Shown: positions 38,233 through 47,969, numbered from the whole stretch's first letter. The stretch is DNA of 61,008 nt, filler included, from Acidimicrobiia bacterium (GCA_029210695.1; 4 parts of 4 records of this genome joined end to end with filler, not necessarily neighbours in it); one strand, 5' to 3'. Translations and numbers: made by a program. Notes: generated by a model from the sequence alone, not told the origin.

Positions 38233-41200
38233 TGCGACACCTCAACAACATGATCCGCGGCGTCGGAGCCCTCATCATCGTTGTCGCGTTCATCATTGGA
38301 GTTCCCACCGGTTTGGTCGCATATGTGGGATGGCCACTGCCCACCAGCCTCCCAACCCCCGACCAGATCCAACTCGCTTTCCGGAGCGGGATTGACCCGC
38401 AACTCCTCATCAACGCCTTGGCCGTGATTGTCTGGATCGTATGGGCCCAACTCGTCGCGACCCTCGCCACCGAGGTCGTCGCGGCTGTCCGAGGCAGAAC
38501 CGCCCGCCGCCTACCCGTCCTACCAGGACTGCAGCCGGCTGTCGCTCAGCTCGTCGCTGCCATCACGCTCGCCGCCGCCACTCTCGGTCCGCTCCGCGCC
38601 GTCCCAGCCACGGCGACTCCACTTCCAGCCGAATTCACTCTGGCGTCAAGCTATCCGGCCGTGGACCTGGGTAAAGAGACATCGAGGCCTGGATGGGCCG
38701 AGTCCCCCCAGCCGCAAAAGGCCGAATCCCACCGACCCACATACCAGGTGATGCGCCACGACACGCTATGGAGCATCGCCGAGACCACCCTCGGAGACGG
38801 TCGACGATGGACCGAGATCCGGGCACTCAATGAAGGACGGGCCATGCCCGACGGCCACAGCTTCGCAGAGACCACAAATGATCTCACCCCCGGCTGGCTG
38901 CTCGTCCTACCGGACGACGCAAGCACTCCCAACGAAGACGATGCGAAAGCGGCCGCAAGCGTGGTCACCGTGGCACCAGGAGGCAACTTCTGGACGATTG
39001 CCGAGGCCACCCTCACAACCGCGTGGGGGCGTCCACCCACCGAGTCCGAAACATCCGAGTATTGGCGGCCCCTCGTCGACACCAACCGAGAACGGCTGGT
39101 GCCACCGTACGACCCCGACCTCATCTACCCGGACCAACGATTCGAACTGCCCCCCATCCCCACCGACTCCCAGGCCGACTCAGGCGAGCCAACGGTGTTG
39201 GATCAGCATCAGGAGCAGGGAGTCGCCGAGGCCACCGTCGAAGCGGGTGACAGCTTCTGGAGCATCGCTGAGACGGCCCTTTCTGACGCATGGGACCGAA
39301 CCCCCACCACCACAGAAACCACCCGCTACTGGAACACCCTCGTCGATGTCAACCGGGACCGGCTTGCGCCACCTCACGACCCGAATCTCATCCACCCCGG
39401 CCAGAGATTCGGGCTGCCGGCCATCCCCAACGACCCCCACAACCCCGCCGAACCCGACACCGGGCTCGAAACCCCCGCCCCGCCCGAAACCGCACCTTCA
39501 CCTCCAGACAAGCCCGACACCGCCCCGACCACCCTTCCGCCCGACCTCCCAGCTGCAACAACGCTGCCCAACCCGAACGCCAACACGACAACGCCGACCG
39601 ACCCCACCGATAGCCACGAGCCGCCTGAGCCAATCACCCAGCCTGATGGAACGGACGCTGCCGACGACCTAGACGACGGGAATCTCGCCGGCGAGCTGCT
39701 CCCCGTTGCCAGCACCCTCGCAGGCCTCGGAATCCTCGCAGCCGGGATCGTCGCCCTCCTCCGCCGGCTCCGAACGGCACAGCTGAGGCACCGCCGACCC
39801 GGCACCATCCCCACACCCCCGCCCCCGGACGCCGCCACAGCCGAGGCAATGATCCGAAGTGCCGCCGCCCCCACCGCCACCGAGTTCCTCGACCTCGCCT
39901 TACGCGCCATGGCCCGAGACGTCATCGCCTCCCACATCCCGCCACCACAAGTCGTCGGTGTCCACCTCACCCCCGACATACTGCGAGTGCTCTTGTGGAC
40001 CCCACACCAAGAACCACCCCCCGGCTGGCAGATCGACGACGAAGGACGCAGCTGGACCATTCCCACCGACACCGACATCGACAGGCTCCGCGACAAAGCC
40101 GCCGGTGTGCCAGCGCCCTACCCGGCGCTGGTCACCGTCGGACACGGAGACCACACCCAGCTCCTCCTCGACCTCGAATACCTCGGAGCCACCCAGATAA
40201 CCGGCAACCCCGACGACGTCACAGCCACCTGCTACACGATGGCCACCGAGCTCGCCACCAGCCCCATCGCCGACGAACTCCAGATCATCTGCATCGGATT
40301 CGGGACCGACCTCAACCACCTCGAACGCATACATGCAGTAGACGACCTGAGCGAGATCCTGCCCACGCTCGCAGCCAAAGCTGCAGCGGCCGCTCGGGTC
40401 GCATCCCCATCGCCTCTGCACGGTCGGATCTCGTCGGTAGGCGATACCTGGGACCCGATCATCATCTTCCACCCCACAGCCGACGCCCCCGACGAGGCGA
40501 ACAGAGTTCTCATCACCGCCCACGCCGGTCGAGGTGTCGCCGCAGTCGTCGGCTACCCGACCGGGGACCGGTGGCGACTCCACGTCGAAGACGACACCGT
40601 GCGAGTCGATCCACTCGGCCAGACGTACGCCCGCCGCAACCTCACCCTGACCGAACAAACCGCGGTGGCCGACCTCGTCACCGCCGCCAAAGACCTCGAC
40701 GGCCTACCACCCGAACTCACCACCGACCCGCTCCTGCTCAACGAAGCCGTCGATGACGTTCTCACGTCGACAGACGAAACCATCGAACCGACATTGTTCG
40801 CAGAGGAAGAGACCGCCGGCGAAGAGCTCCCGGCCCAAGTCCCCGAAATGAAGGTGCTCGGCACCCTCAGAGTCGAAGGGATCGACGGGCGCTTCGCGCT
40901 CCGCAGATGCACCGAACTGGTCGCCTACCTCACCTTCCACCGCGGTGGCGTCGAAGCCGACACCCTGATGGAAGCCCTGTGGCCCGAACAACGACCCGAC
41001 TACCAACGGCTCAACCGACACACCTACCGTGCCCGCACCACCCTCGGCCTCGGCCCCGACGGTGAGCCCTACCTTCCCTACGTCGCCGACGGGATCTATC
41101 GGATCAGCCCCCACCTCCAGAGCGACATCGAGAAGTTCACTGGACACATACGCCAAGCCGACCGAACGTCAGGCGCCGACCAAGCGCACCAGTTACGGGC

Positions 41201-41594
41201 CGCGCTCGAACTAGTCGAAGGAACGCCATTCACCGGAGCCGGCAACGCCTACATCTGGGCACACACCGACGGGATCATCACCCACACCATCGTCGCCATC
41301 GACAACGCCGCGCACCGCCTCGCCCAACACGCCCTCGCCAACGACGACCCTGCCGAGGCGACCTGGGCCGCCAGAAGAGGGCTCGTGGCCACCGGAGCGT
41401 GCGAGCACTGTTACCGCAACCTCATGCGAGCAGCAGCCGCCGAGGGCAACCAGGTCGCCCTTGAGGCTGTCTATTCGGAGCTGCTGGCAGTCGTCGACGC
41501 AGACGAAGGCCCTGACGCATCCAGCTTCCTAGACTCCGAAACGATCGAGCTCTACGAACGCGCAACCAGGCGGGGACGCCGGCAGGTCGGCTGA
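38229..41594 (+). CDS. Membrane protein with three LysM domains and C-terminal wHTH-BTAD (SARP-like) domain
   Basis: N-terminal TMs; DTLWSIAE, NFWTIAE, DSFWSIAE LysM motifs; further TM; VLGTLRV...ELVAYL...EALWP; LRAALELVEGTPF...YRNLMRA. Confidence 0.85.
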   Translation: MMRHLNNMIRGVGALIIVVAFIIGVPTGLVAYVGWPLPTSLPTPDQIQLAFRSGIDPQLLINALAVIVWIVWAQLVATLATEVVAAVRGRTARRLPVLPGLQPAVAQLVAAITLAAATLGPLRAVPATATPLPAEFTLASSYPAVDLGKETSRPGWAESPQPQKAESHRPTYQVMRHDTLWSIAETTLGDGRRWTEIRALNEGRAMPDGHSFAETTNDLTPGWLLVLPDDASTPNEDDAKAAASVVTVAPGGNFWTIAEATLTTAWGRPPTESETSEYWRPLVDTNRERLVPPYDPDLIYPDQRFELPPIPTDSQADSGEPTVLDQHQEQGVAEATVEAGDSFWSIAETALSDAWDRTPTTTETTRYWNTLVDVNRDRLAPPHDPNLIHPGQRFGLPAIPNDPHNPAEPDTGLETPAPPETAPSPPDKPDTAPTTLPPDLPAATTLPNPNANTTTPTDPTDSHEPPEPITQPDGTDAADDLDDGNLAGELLPVASTLAGLGILAAGIVALLRRLRTAQLRHRRPGTIPTPPPPDAATAEAMIRSAAAPTATEFLDLALRAMARDVIASHIPPPQVVGVHLTPDILRVLLWTPHQEPPPGWQIDDEGRSWTIPTDTDIDRLRDKAAGVPAPYPALVTVGHGDHTQLLLDLEYLGATQITGNPDDVTATCYTMATELATSPIADELQIICIGFGTDLNHLERIHAVDDLSEILPTLAAKAAAAARVASPSPLHGRISSVGDTWDPIIIFHPTADAPDEANRVLITAHAGRGVAAVVGYPTGDRWRLHVEDDTVRVDPLGQTYARRNLTLTEQTAVADLVTAAKDLDGLPPELTTDPLLLNEAVDDVLTSTDETIEPTLFAEEETAGEELPAQVPEMKVLGTLRVEGIDGRFALRRCTELVAYLTFHRGGVEADTLMEALWPEQRPDYQRLNRHTYRARTTLGLGPDGEPYLPYVADGIYRISPHLQSDIEKFTGHIRQADRTSGADQAHQLRAALELVEGTPFTGAGNAYIWAHTDGIITHTIVAIDNAAHRLAQHALANDDPAEATWAARRGLVATGACEHCYRNLMRAAAAEGNQVALEAVYSELLAVVDADEGPDASSFLDSETIELYERATRRGRRQVG

Positions 41595-41659
41595 GCGGGA
41601 AGGCCACATCTTGAGAAGAAGCGCCCCAACCGTCATTTGCGGACAAGTTCATTCCACTC

Positions 41660-42682
41660 GTGCCTGCTCGAACCGTGGCTACCCAGCGGCGTAGGGAGTA
41701 TCTCCAGCTGCTTGATGCGGCTAAGTCAGCCATCGAGCTAGCGGTCGACTGTTTCAACCGGGTGCATAACCCGTACCGGAACGAGAGCACGCTCATGTTG
41801 ATCGCGAATGCATGGGAACTGCTCGCGAAGGCGGTACTTGTGCAGAAACACCAGTCAATACGGCGTGGCCGTCGCGGGGAAACGATCGGACCCGAGATCG
41901 CCGTCGTGCGGCTCCGGGATCTAAAGCTGCTTGACGCGAGTCAAGCGCAGACCATTCAGCAGGTCATATCCCTCCGTCATGCCGCCGTCCACCACGTCCT
42001 ACCGCCGGTGGCTGACGAGATCATGCATCACCTCTTGTTCTTTGCCTGCAAGTTCTTTCGAGAGACGGTTCGAACGGTGTTCCCGGCACACGCCAAGGAC
42101 CTTCCAGCAAGCTTCCTCTCGCTCTCCTTCGTCGATCTCACTACCTACGCGGACAAGGTGCAGAAGAGCATCTCGCGGGTGCGGCGGAGCCCCGCTGACC
42201 GTCGACTTGTCTGGCTGCTTGAGCGTGGGGTCGCGTTTGATGGCTCTACGTACCTAACAGAGAAGCAAGTGGAGGCCAAGTACAAAGGAAAGAACAAGAT
42301 CTCCCCACATCTCGAACTGGGCGAGTTTGTGCGACAGGCGGACATGGTGCGAATAGTCCCTGTCGAGGCGCCCAAGAACTTCACCGCCGACATCACATTG
42401 CGTAAGGGCAGCACGAGGGACTCAACACTGCCTGTTGTCGTCAAGAAGACGGAGCTCGAGGTCGACTATCCCTATCTCACTCGCGAGGTGGCGGAGAAGA
42501 TCGGTCGGAATCAGAACTGGACTGCCAAAGCGGCGACCGTCTTGAAGCTGAAGGGCGATCCGAAGTATCACCAGGCGATCCGAGTATCGAGAAGCAGCGT
42601 TGTTCAGCGCTACTCCGATGCGGCTCTTCAGAGGCTGCAATCACACATCGCGGAGAACCCAACATTCAATCCGTATGCATAG
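41660..42682 (+). CDS. DUF3644 (HEPN-like) domain protein
   Basis: AVDCFNR...YRNES...NAWELLAKA, LRHAAVH (R-X4-H); codon usage looks less GC-biased than flanks. Confidence 0.7.
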   Translation: MPARTVATQRRREYLQLLDAAKSAIELAVDCFNRVHNPYRNESTLMLIANAWELLAKAVLVQKHQSIRRGRRGETIGPEIAVVRLRDLKLLDASQAQTIQQVISLRHAAVHHVLPPVADEIMHHLLFFACKFFRETVRTVFPAHAKDLPASFLSLSFVDLTTYADKVQKSISRVRRSPADRRLVWLLERGVAFDGSTYLTEKQVEAKYKGKNKISPHLELGEFVRQADMVRIVPVEAPKNFTADITLRKGSTRDSTLPVVVKKTELEVDYPYLTREVAEKIGRNQNWTAKAATVLKLKGDPKYHQAIRVSRSSVVQRYSDAALQRLQSHIAENPTFNPYA

Positions 42683-42801
42683 GGACTGCTCGGTCCCCTT
42701 CCGATCGGGCCGGCTTGTCGATCCTCTGGCTCGGTGGCCTGTCGGTGGGCATGCACTGCGAGGCGCGCCTTGTGTCCACATAGCCCGAGTCCGCTCTGAC
42801 C

Positions 42802-43638
42802 TCAAGGGTCTCGTGATTCGAGTAGTGATTGTTGGAGCCCCTGAACCGGCGGCCAGAACACGCCGAGAACAAGGAAGTTCCATGGTCGTTGTTCCATGTT
42901 CCCGACGAAGAGAGCGCTTGCTCGGCCCGCAGCCCACAGTTCGCTGACGAACTTCTGTCGGATCTTGTCTTGCCAATCAACATGGTGGCGCACTTTGCGC
43001 CATAGGGCAACGGCCTCCCAATCGATGATGGTTTGCCTGTGCCCGTTGCAGTTGGGTGATAGGCACCGGTAGCTGTATCGGAATCGCCATGGGATGACCT
43101 CGAAGTCGGGCCGAGGAGTGTCTTGGTTGTCAAAAAGGCTGGGCTGGGCGGCAATGGCGGCGGCCCGCTCGCGCCACCGATCGAGTTGATCCTGGTCACG
43201 TTCGTCGATGAGCAGTTCAGGAGGCTCCGCCGCACGAACGACGGCGAGCGATGGCGTATCGGGACCGGACCCGGAGCGGTTCTGTTCGATCAGGTCACAC
43301 ATGGTGTGCTCACCAAGCGCAGCAACCCGCTGGCGACGGGTGGACCAGCCGTGGTCCCGGCCGATTATTTCCCCGGGGCGGATGGAACCTTCGATCGGCG
43401 TCCATGACTCGGGCCGTCGATCAGAGTTTGGTCGGACCGCCCGAACCGTGATCTCCTGATACTTGCGGAACTTGGAGTCATCGGAGAGGTCGCGAAACGG
43501 GACTGGGTGGAGTCGGATCCACTGTGCCTCAGGACCGACACTCATAGCCGCGACGCACATACTCTCACGAAGCGCCGACGTCAGAACGGGCGCAGCCTTG
43601 ACCAGGATCATGACCGACAGTTCTTGTTCCGACGGCAT
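42802..43638 (-). CDS. DUF488-associated hypothetical protein, possibly OB-fold
   Basis: ILVKAAP...ESMCVAAM...WIRLHPVPFR...FRKYQ...DRRPES; FRYSYRC...C..H...IDWE. Confidence 0.7.
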   Translation of the reverse strand: MPSEQELSVMILVKAAPVLTSALRESMCVAAMSVGPEAQWIRLHPVPFRDLSDDSKFRKYQEITVRAVRPNSDRRPESWTPIEGSIRPGEIIGRDHGWSTRRQRVAALGEHTMCDLIEQNRSGSGPDTPSLAVVRAAEPPELLIDERDQDQLDRWRERAAAIAAQPSLFDNQDTPRPDFEVIPWRFRYSYRCLSPNCNGHRQTIIDWEAVALWRKVRHHVDWQDKIRQKFVSELWAAGRASALFVGNMEQRPWNFLVLGVFWPPVQGLQQSLLESRDP

Positions 43639-43655
43639 GATGTGTTCCTGCCGGG

Positions 43656-44105
43656 CTACAGCTCGAGGACCATGAGCGCAGGATCGTCGGCCCGGGCAGT
43701 GTCGAGGATGCAAGAGCGATGGCACTCGTCGTGGTCGCGCTCGAAGCACAGCAGAGCGATGCGGGTTTCGTGGGCGAGAGCGATGACACCTTGGTATGTC
43801 GAGGACGCACCGTTGTGAAGGTGACGGAGGTACCTGGCTCGCGCGGACTTGAGCCCTCGGCGAAACGGATCGCGATTGTCCTTAGGGTTCCCCAGTTGCC
43901 GCTCGTGGCGGTACCCGATGTCGGCCTCACTGAGTGTCTGTGCCAGCGACGACTTCGAGAAGCCCTTCTTGCGGGAAATGGGATTGAGCCGTACGTCTAC
44001 GAGCACGTCGACTCGGTTTCGTTTCAGGAGGTCTACCAGTTCATCGACGGTGCGCCGTTCGTAGCCGATCGAGACGATCGTGGCACCTCGCGGAAGGCTC
44101 GTCAT
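43656..44105 (-). CDS. DUF488 family protein
   Basis: SIGYE, LVDVRLNPISRKKGFSK, LGNP, LLCFERDHDECHR. Confidence 0.9.
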   Translation of the reverse strand: MTSLPRGATIVSIGYERRTVDELVDLLKRNRVDVLVDVRLNPISRKKGFSKSSLAQTLSEADIGYRHERQLGNPKDNRDPFRRGLKSARARYLRHLHNGASSTYQGVIALAHETRIALLCFERDHDECHRSCILDTARADDPALMVLEL

Positions 44106-44282
44106 ACGCTCGATCCTAGGCGACACACCCACGGTTCCCCTTTCATCGGTTGCTCGCAGTCGGTTGGCTATGGCCAGCTTCTGCACTCTGTGAAGCATGT
44201 GCCTTTCCTGCGAGCCGATGCTCGGGCGGCGTTCGGCCGACTGCGAAGAGCCCGTGTGCTGAGTGCATTCGGAGGTTTCTGT

Positions 44283-46220
44283 TCAACTGACGCCTCGTCC
44301 ACCGTGACAGATCTCGCGGCGCGACGTTGAGTCGTAGACGTCGAGGTAGGTCCGGACGACGGCCTCCTCTCGGTCAATGCGACTAGCCAGATACCCGATT
44401 GCGCGGGAGCGATCGCCCGAGTCGGCGATAGTCTTGACGACTCGCAGGGCAGCCCGGATAACCCTGGGCACGGCTTCGGGCTCTTCGACGTTGTGTTGGC
44501 AGATGATCTGATCGATCAGGTGGTGTTCTAGAGGAGCGGCGTTGGCGATGGCTTCTTCAAGCGAGTGTCTTCCGCCGTTTGCGAGCAGGTCTGCAGGGTC
44601 GTGTCCCTCCGGCAGCCTGGCGACGTGGAGCCGGATGCCCTGGTGGGCGCGGCCAAGTTCCGCTGCACGCTCCACCGCCTGAAGACCAGCACGATCCCCA
44701 TCAAACGCAAGGGTGACGTTGCTTGTGATCCTCGCGAGTGTCTTCAGGTGCTCCTCGGTCAGCGCGGTTCCCCCGGTGGCGACAGCGTTGGTGAGCCCGG
44801 CTTGGTGGGCGGTGATGGTGTCGGTGTAGCCCTCGACTAGGACCGCCTTGCCGGCGCCGAGGATCGGTTTGTGGGCGAGGTGGAGGCCGTAGAGCAAGGA
44901 TCGTTTCTGGTAGAGCGCGGTCTCGGGGGTGTTGAGGTACTTGGGTCCGTCCCCTGACAGAAGCCGACCGGCGAAACCGCTGGGCGTACCGTGCTCGTCG
45001 TGGATGGGGAAGATCACTCGGCTGCGCATCCGGTCGTAGAGCCGTCCGTCTCGCGATCGGCCGGCAACGCCGGCCTCAAGGAGCAGATCCTCGCTGAAGC
45101 CTTCTTGGCGGAGCGCCAACGTCAATGCCTCCCAAGCACCAGGTGCGTAGCCCAGCTGCCAGCGATCGAGCGCCTCGTTGTCGATGCCCCGACCTCGCAG
45201 GTACTCGAGTGCCTCCGCTCCCTCCGGTTTTCGAAGTTGGCCTTGGTAGAACCCGGTTGCGGCGCTGACCACCGTCTCGAGATCCGACCTTGCTCTCGGC
45301 GCCGGCGACGGCGCCGGGGTCTCCCGATCTCGGGCCTCGATACGGGGACTGGCTGTGATGTGCTCGCGTTCGAGTCGGCGTTCCTGCTCGAGCTGGGTGA
45401 GGACCTGGCGGGCACAGCCGATCACCCGATTGGCAGTGGCAGACACCTTGGTGAGGTCGCCTCCGCTCCATGACGCCACATATGGGAGGCTGTAGCCGGC
45501 GCTGTCGATCCCCAGGGCTGCGCACACCATGTACGCGACCGACTCGGCCTCCACCTCGACGATCCCCCGACACGACGGCCTGCCGTCCGAGGTCGGTTCG
45601 TGCAACCGGACATGCGCCAGTTCGTGCACTGCAGTCTTGAACCGTTGCGCCCCGGGAAGACTGGCACGCACCACGACATCTCGGTGTTGCCAGTCGGTGA
45701 TGCCGTTGGCTTCGCCGAGTCGGTCGAGGTCGGCGACCTGCAGCTCGAACCCGGCGTCGGTGATGAGCTCGCTGACCTGATCCCAGTGGGAGGGAAGATC
45801 CCCTTCAACCAGAGCCACCGGCACTTCGGGGAGGGGTTCGCCGTCGGTTTGGGCGATGTCGAAGACGTGCACGACTCGGAACCCCACAACTCGCCGTTCC
45901 TCGTCTTCACCATTCTCGGGTGTGACCTTGCGGATGAGGGGGGCGAGGATCTGCAGTCCCCGTTCACCGCGTCGCACGTGACGGTCGAGTTCCTGCCAAG
46001 CCCGATAGCCGGCCACCCGGCTCGGGGTGAACCCGCGGGCCAACGACTGTGCCCAGATCAGTCGGGTGTTGGCGAACGAGTAGTCGTGGAAGCGAGCGGC
46101 GACGGCCAGGGCACGCTGCCAGTCCTCGGAGGTGACGAGCTCTTGGAGCGAGTCCTGCAGCTGTTCGTGGAGTCGCTCAACGGCGTCGTTTCGGTTGGTG
46201 GTCTTTTCTGCTGATTCCAC
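44283..46220 (-). CDS. ArdC-like ssDNA-binding/zincin domains fused to a DnaG primase core
   Basis: FHDYSFAN...GYRAW...VRRGERG, VFDIAQT, HELAH, EAESVAY; then LGYAP, DRMRSRVIFPI, KYLNTPET, VEGYTD, FDGDRAG, DPAD. Confidence 0.88.
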   Translation of the reverse strand: MESAEKTTNRNDAVERLHEQLQDSLQELVTSEDWQRALAVAARFHDYSFANTRLIWAQSLARGFTPSRVAGYRAWQELDRHVRRGERGLQILAPLIRKVTPENGEDEERRVVGFRVVHVFDIAQTDGEPLPEVPVALVEGDLPSHWDQVSELITDAGFELQVADLDRLGEANGITDWQHRDVVVRASLPGAQRFKTAVHELAHVRLHEPTSDGRPSCRGIVEVEAESVAYMVCAALGIDSAGYSLPYVASWSGGDLTKVSATANRVIGCARQVLTQLEQERRLEREHITASPRIEARDRETPAPSPAPRARSDLETVVSAATGFYQGQLRKPEGAEALEYLRGRGIDNEALDRWQLGYAPGAWEALTLALRQEGFSEDLLLEAGVAGRSRDGRLYDRMRSRVIFPIHDEHGTPSGFAGRLLSGDGPKYLNTPETALYQKRSLLYGLHLAHKPILGAGKAVLVEGYTDTITAHQAGLTNAVATGGTALTEEHLKTLARITSNVTLAFDGDRAGLQAVERAAELGRAHQGIRLHVARLPEGHDPADLLANGGRHSLEEAIANAAPLEHHLIDQIICQHNVEEPEAVPRVIRAALRVVKTIADSGDRSRAIGYLASRIDREEAVVRTYLDVYDSTSRREICHGGRGVS

Positions 46221-46235
46221 CCCTCGATCGTGCGC

Positions 46236-46273
46236 CTTGACCCTGTCAGCAGAGTGTCAGTAGCCCTGTCAAG
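46236..46273. promoter_or_regulatory. Operator-like TGTCA repeats upstream of the ArdC-primase gene
   Basis: TGTCA at 46244, 46255 and 46267; outer inverted CTTGAC...GTCAAG; TTGACA on the minus strand. Confidence 0.45.
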
Positions 46274-46643
46274 AAACCTCCAACTCAGATTGGCTGGCCT
46301 GTCCGAGTGCGGGTTGGCGATCCGAACTCCGCGATGACACCAGCGTTTACAGGGCTCCCGGCGTAGTCGCCTGGATCGGTCGTCAGTTCTGGAACGACTG
46401 AGCGTGCGGGAGGCGGCCCGGACACCGTTCACTCAGGTCATCTGAAGATCCTCTTCTCGAGCAGTCCAAATGATCACGGAATGACAGGGTCCTCCTCCAC
46501 GATCGACGACATGAACCAGATCGAAGGAAGGAACCCGATGTCGAACCGCCACCGCCAACAGGTCACCTCGGCCGACGACTCAATCAGCCCTGTCACCCGT
46601 TTCTCATCCAACCCCCCTCAGCACCACACGCACCTGCAACACT

Positions 46644-46698
46644 TCCTGTGTCAAGCCCTGGGTGGTTTGGTTGGTGTTGTCAGGGCGCGTGGGAGTGG
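46644..46698 (-). mobile_element. Possible IS110-like end
   Basis: Minus strand ...GGGCTTGACACAGG at contig end, resembling the outward -35 of IS110 ends. Confidence 0.3.
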
Positions 46699-46798
46699 NN
46701 NNNNNNNNNNNNNNNNNNNNNNNNNNNNNNNNNNNNNNNNNNTTAATTAATTAANNNNNNNNNNNNNNNNNNNNNNNNNNNNNNNNNNNNNNNNNNNN
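46699..46798. other. Artificial contig linker
   Basis: N-run + TTAATTAATTAA + N-run. Confidence 0.98.
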
Positions 46799-46873
46799 CA
46801 TCCGCAACGCTTCAGCAGTAGCAACCATCCCCCAACACTACACCGGTTCGCCATTTCAGCGACAGACCACTAG
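46799..46873 (-). mobile_element. IS630-like left end (second copy)
   Basis: Exact reverse complement of 15995-16069 including CTAG. Confidence 0.65.
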
Positions 46874-46923
46874 AAGTCGCTCCCGCCATTACGACCCGCC
46901 ACTCGCGACCCGCGACCCGGGGA

Positions 46924-47766
46924 CTAGATCCCCAGCAATCTGGCCGCGTTGTCGTACAGCACCCGGCGAGTTAGATCCTCGGACATCTCGAGGCCGTCCC
47001 AGTCGCGCAGCCATTTCTCCGGGGTGATGAATGGGAAGTCGGTCCCGAACAGGGTTCGGTCGCGCAGCGGCCCCTGCACCGCAGTCAGAAGCTCCGAACT
47101 CAAGTACTTCGGAGACCACCCGGACAGGTCGATCCACACATTCGTCTTGTGCTGCGCCACCGCCAGCGCCTCCGACTGCCACGGCCACGAGGGGTGGGCC
47201 ATGACGATCTGCAATCGGGGAAACGTCGCGGCGACTTCGTCGATATGCATCGGGTGCGAAAACTGCTGGCGGATTCCCATCCCCCCCGCCGTTCCGGCAC
47301 CGAGGCCGGTGAACCCGGTGTGCGAGAGGACGATCAGACCGGCCTCCTCGGCGGCTTCGAAGATCGGATGGAACTCCCGGTCGGAGGGCGTGAAACCCTG
47401 CGCGGACGGATGGAACTTCAGACCGCGCAGTCCGTCACGGGCAGCCTGGTGAACCGCCGACACCGCCGCCGACCCGCGATGCGGGTCGATCGACCCGAAG
47501 CCGATGAATACGTCGGGCGCCTCCGCCACCATCTGCGATACGGTCTCATTACGAAATGCAGGCAGCCCGCTCGCAGTCTGGGCGGACCAGGCAAGCAGCA
47601 CAGCCACGCCGTCGAGGCGTCGGTAGTAATCGGCTATCTCTTCCGTAGTCATCACCTCGAGGGGGCGCCCGAAGTGCTCGGCGAGTTGATCGAGATACGG
47701 AGCGAACGGGCCGTTGAGGAATTCCGCGACCGGCGGATGCACGTGAATGTCGATGAATTTGGTCAT
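46924..47766 (-). CDS. Amidohydrolase_2 family protein (CouO-like beta-ketoacyl-CoA hydrolase)
   Basis: IDIHVH, GLKFHP, AHPSWPW, IDLSGWSPKY, LFGTDFP. Confidence 0.85.
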   Translation of the reverse strand: MTKFIDIHVHPPVAEFLNGPFAPYLDQLAEHFGRPLEVMTTEEIADYYRRLDGVAVLLAWSAQTASGLPAFRNETVSQMVAEAPDVFIGFGSIDPHRGSAAVSAVHQAARDGLRGLKFHPSAQGFTPSDREFHPIFEAAEEAGLIVLSHTGFTGLGAGTAGGMGIRQQFSHPMHIDEVAATFPRLQIVMAHPSWPWQSEALAVAQHKTNVWIDLSGWSPKYLSSELLTAVQGPLRDRTLFGTDFPFITPEKWLRDWDGLEMSEDLTRRVLYDNAARLLGI

Positions 47767-47969
47767 CGCCCGGCGCGGAATCCCCTGTTGCGCGCTTCGG
47801 GTGGCGTGTCCGGCCCAAACGAGGACAGCAGGTTCCTGGTCAGGAGGTCGTCTGCTTTGACACGATCCTCGAGTTCCGCAAACTGCTCCGCATCGTCGCA
47901 GTCGTAGAAAACCATGGTGTCGCGTGTACCGATGTACCGGTACTCCTCGAACCTCCGCAATCGACCCAT
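47763..47969 (-). CDS. Small hypothetical protein (68 aa)
   Basis: RBS GGAG before ATG; ATGA overlap with amidohydrolase; MGRLRRFEEYRYIG...EARNRGF. Confidence 0.65.
   Translation of the reverse strand: MGRLRRFEEYRYIGTRDTMVFYDCDDAEQFAELEDRVKADDLLTRNLLSSFGPDTPPEARNRGFRAGR

Noticed and set aside
46481..46698. Short plus-strand ORF at the end of contig 3
   Set aside because: No recognisable domain and runs into a probable IS end and the gap
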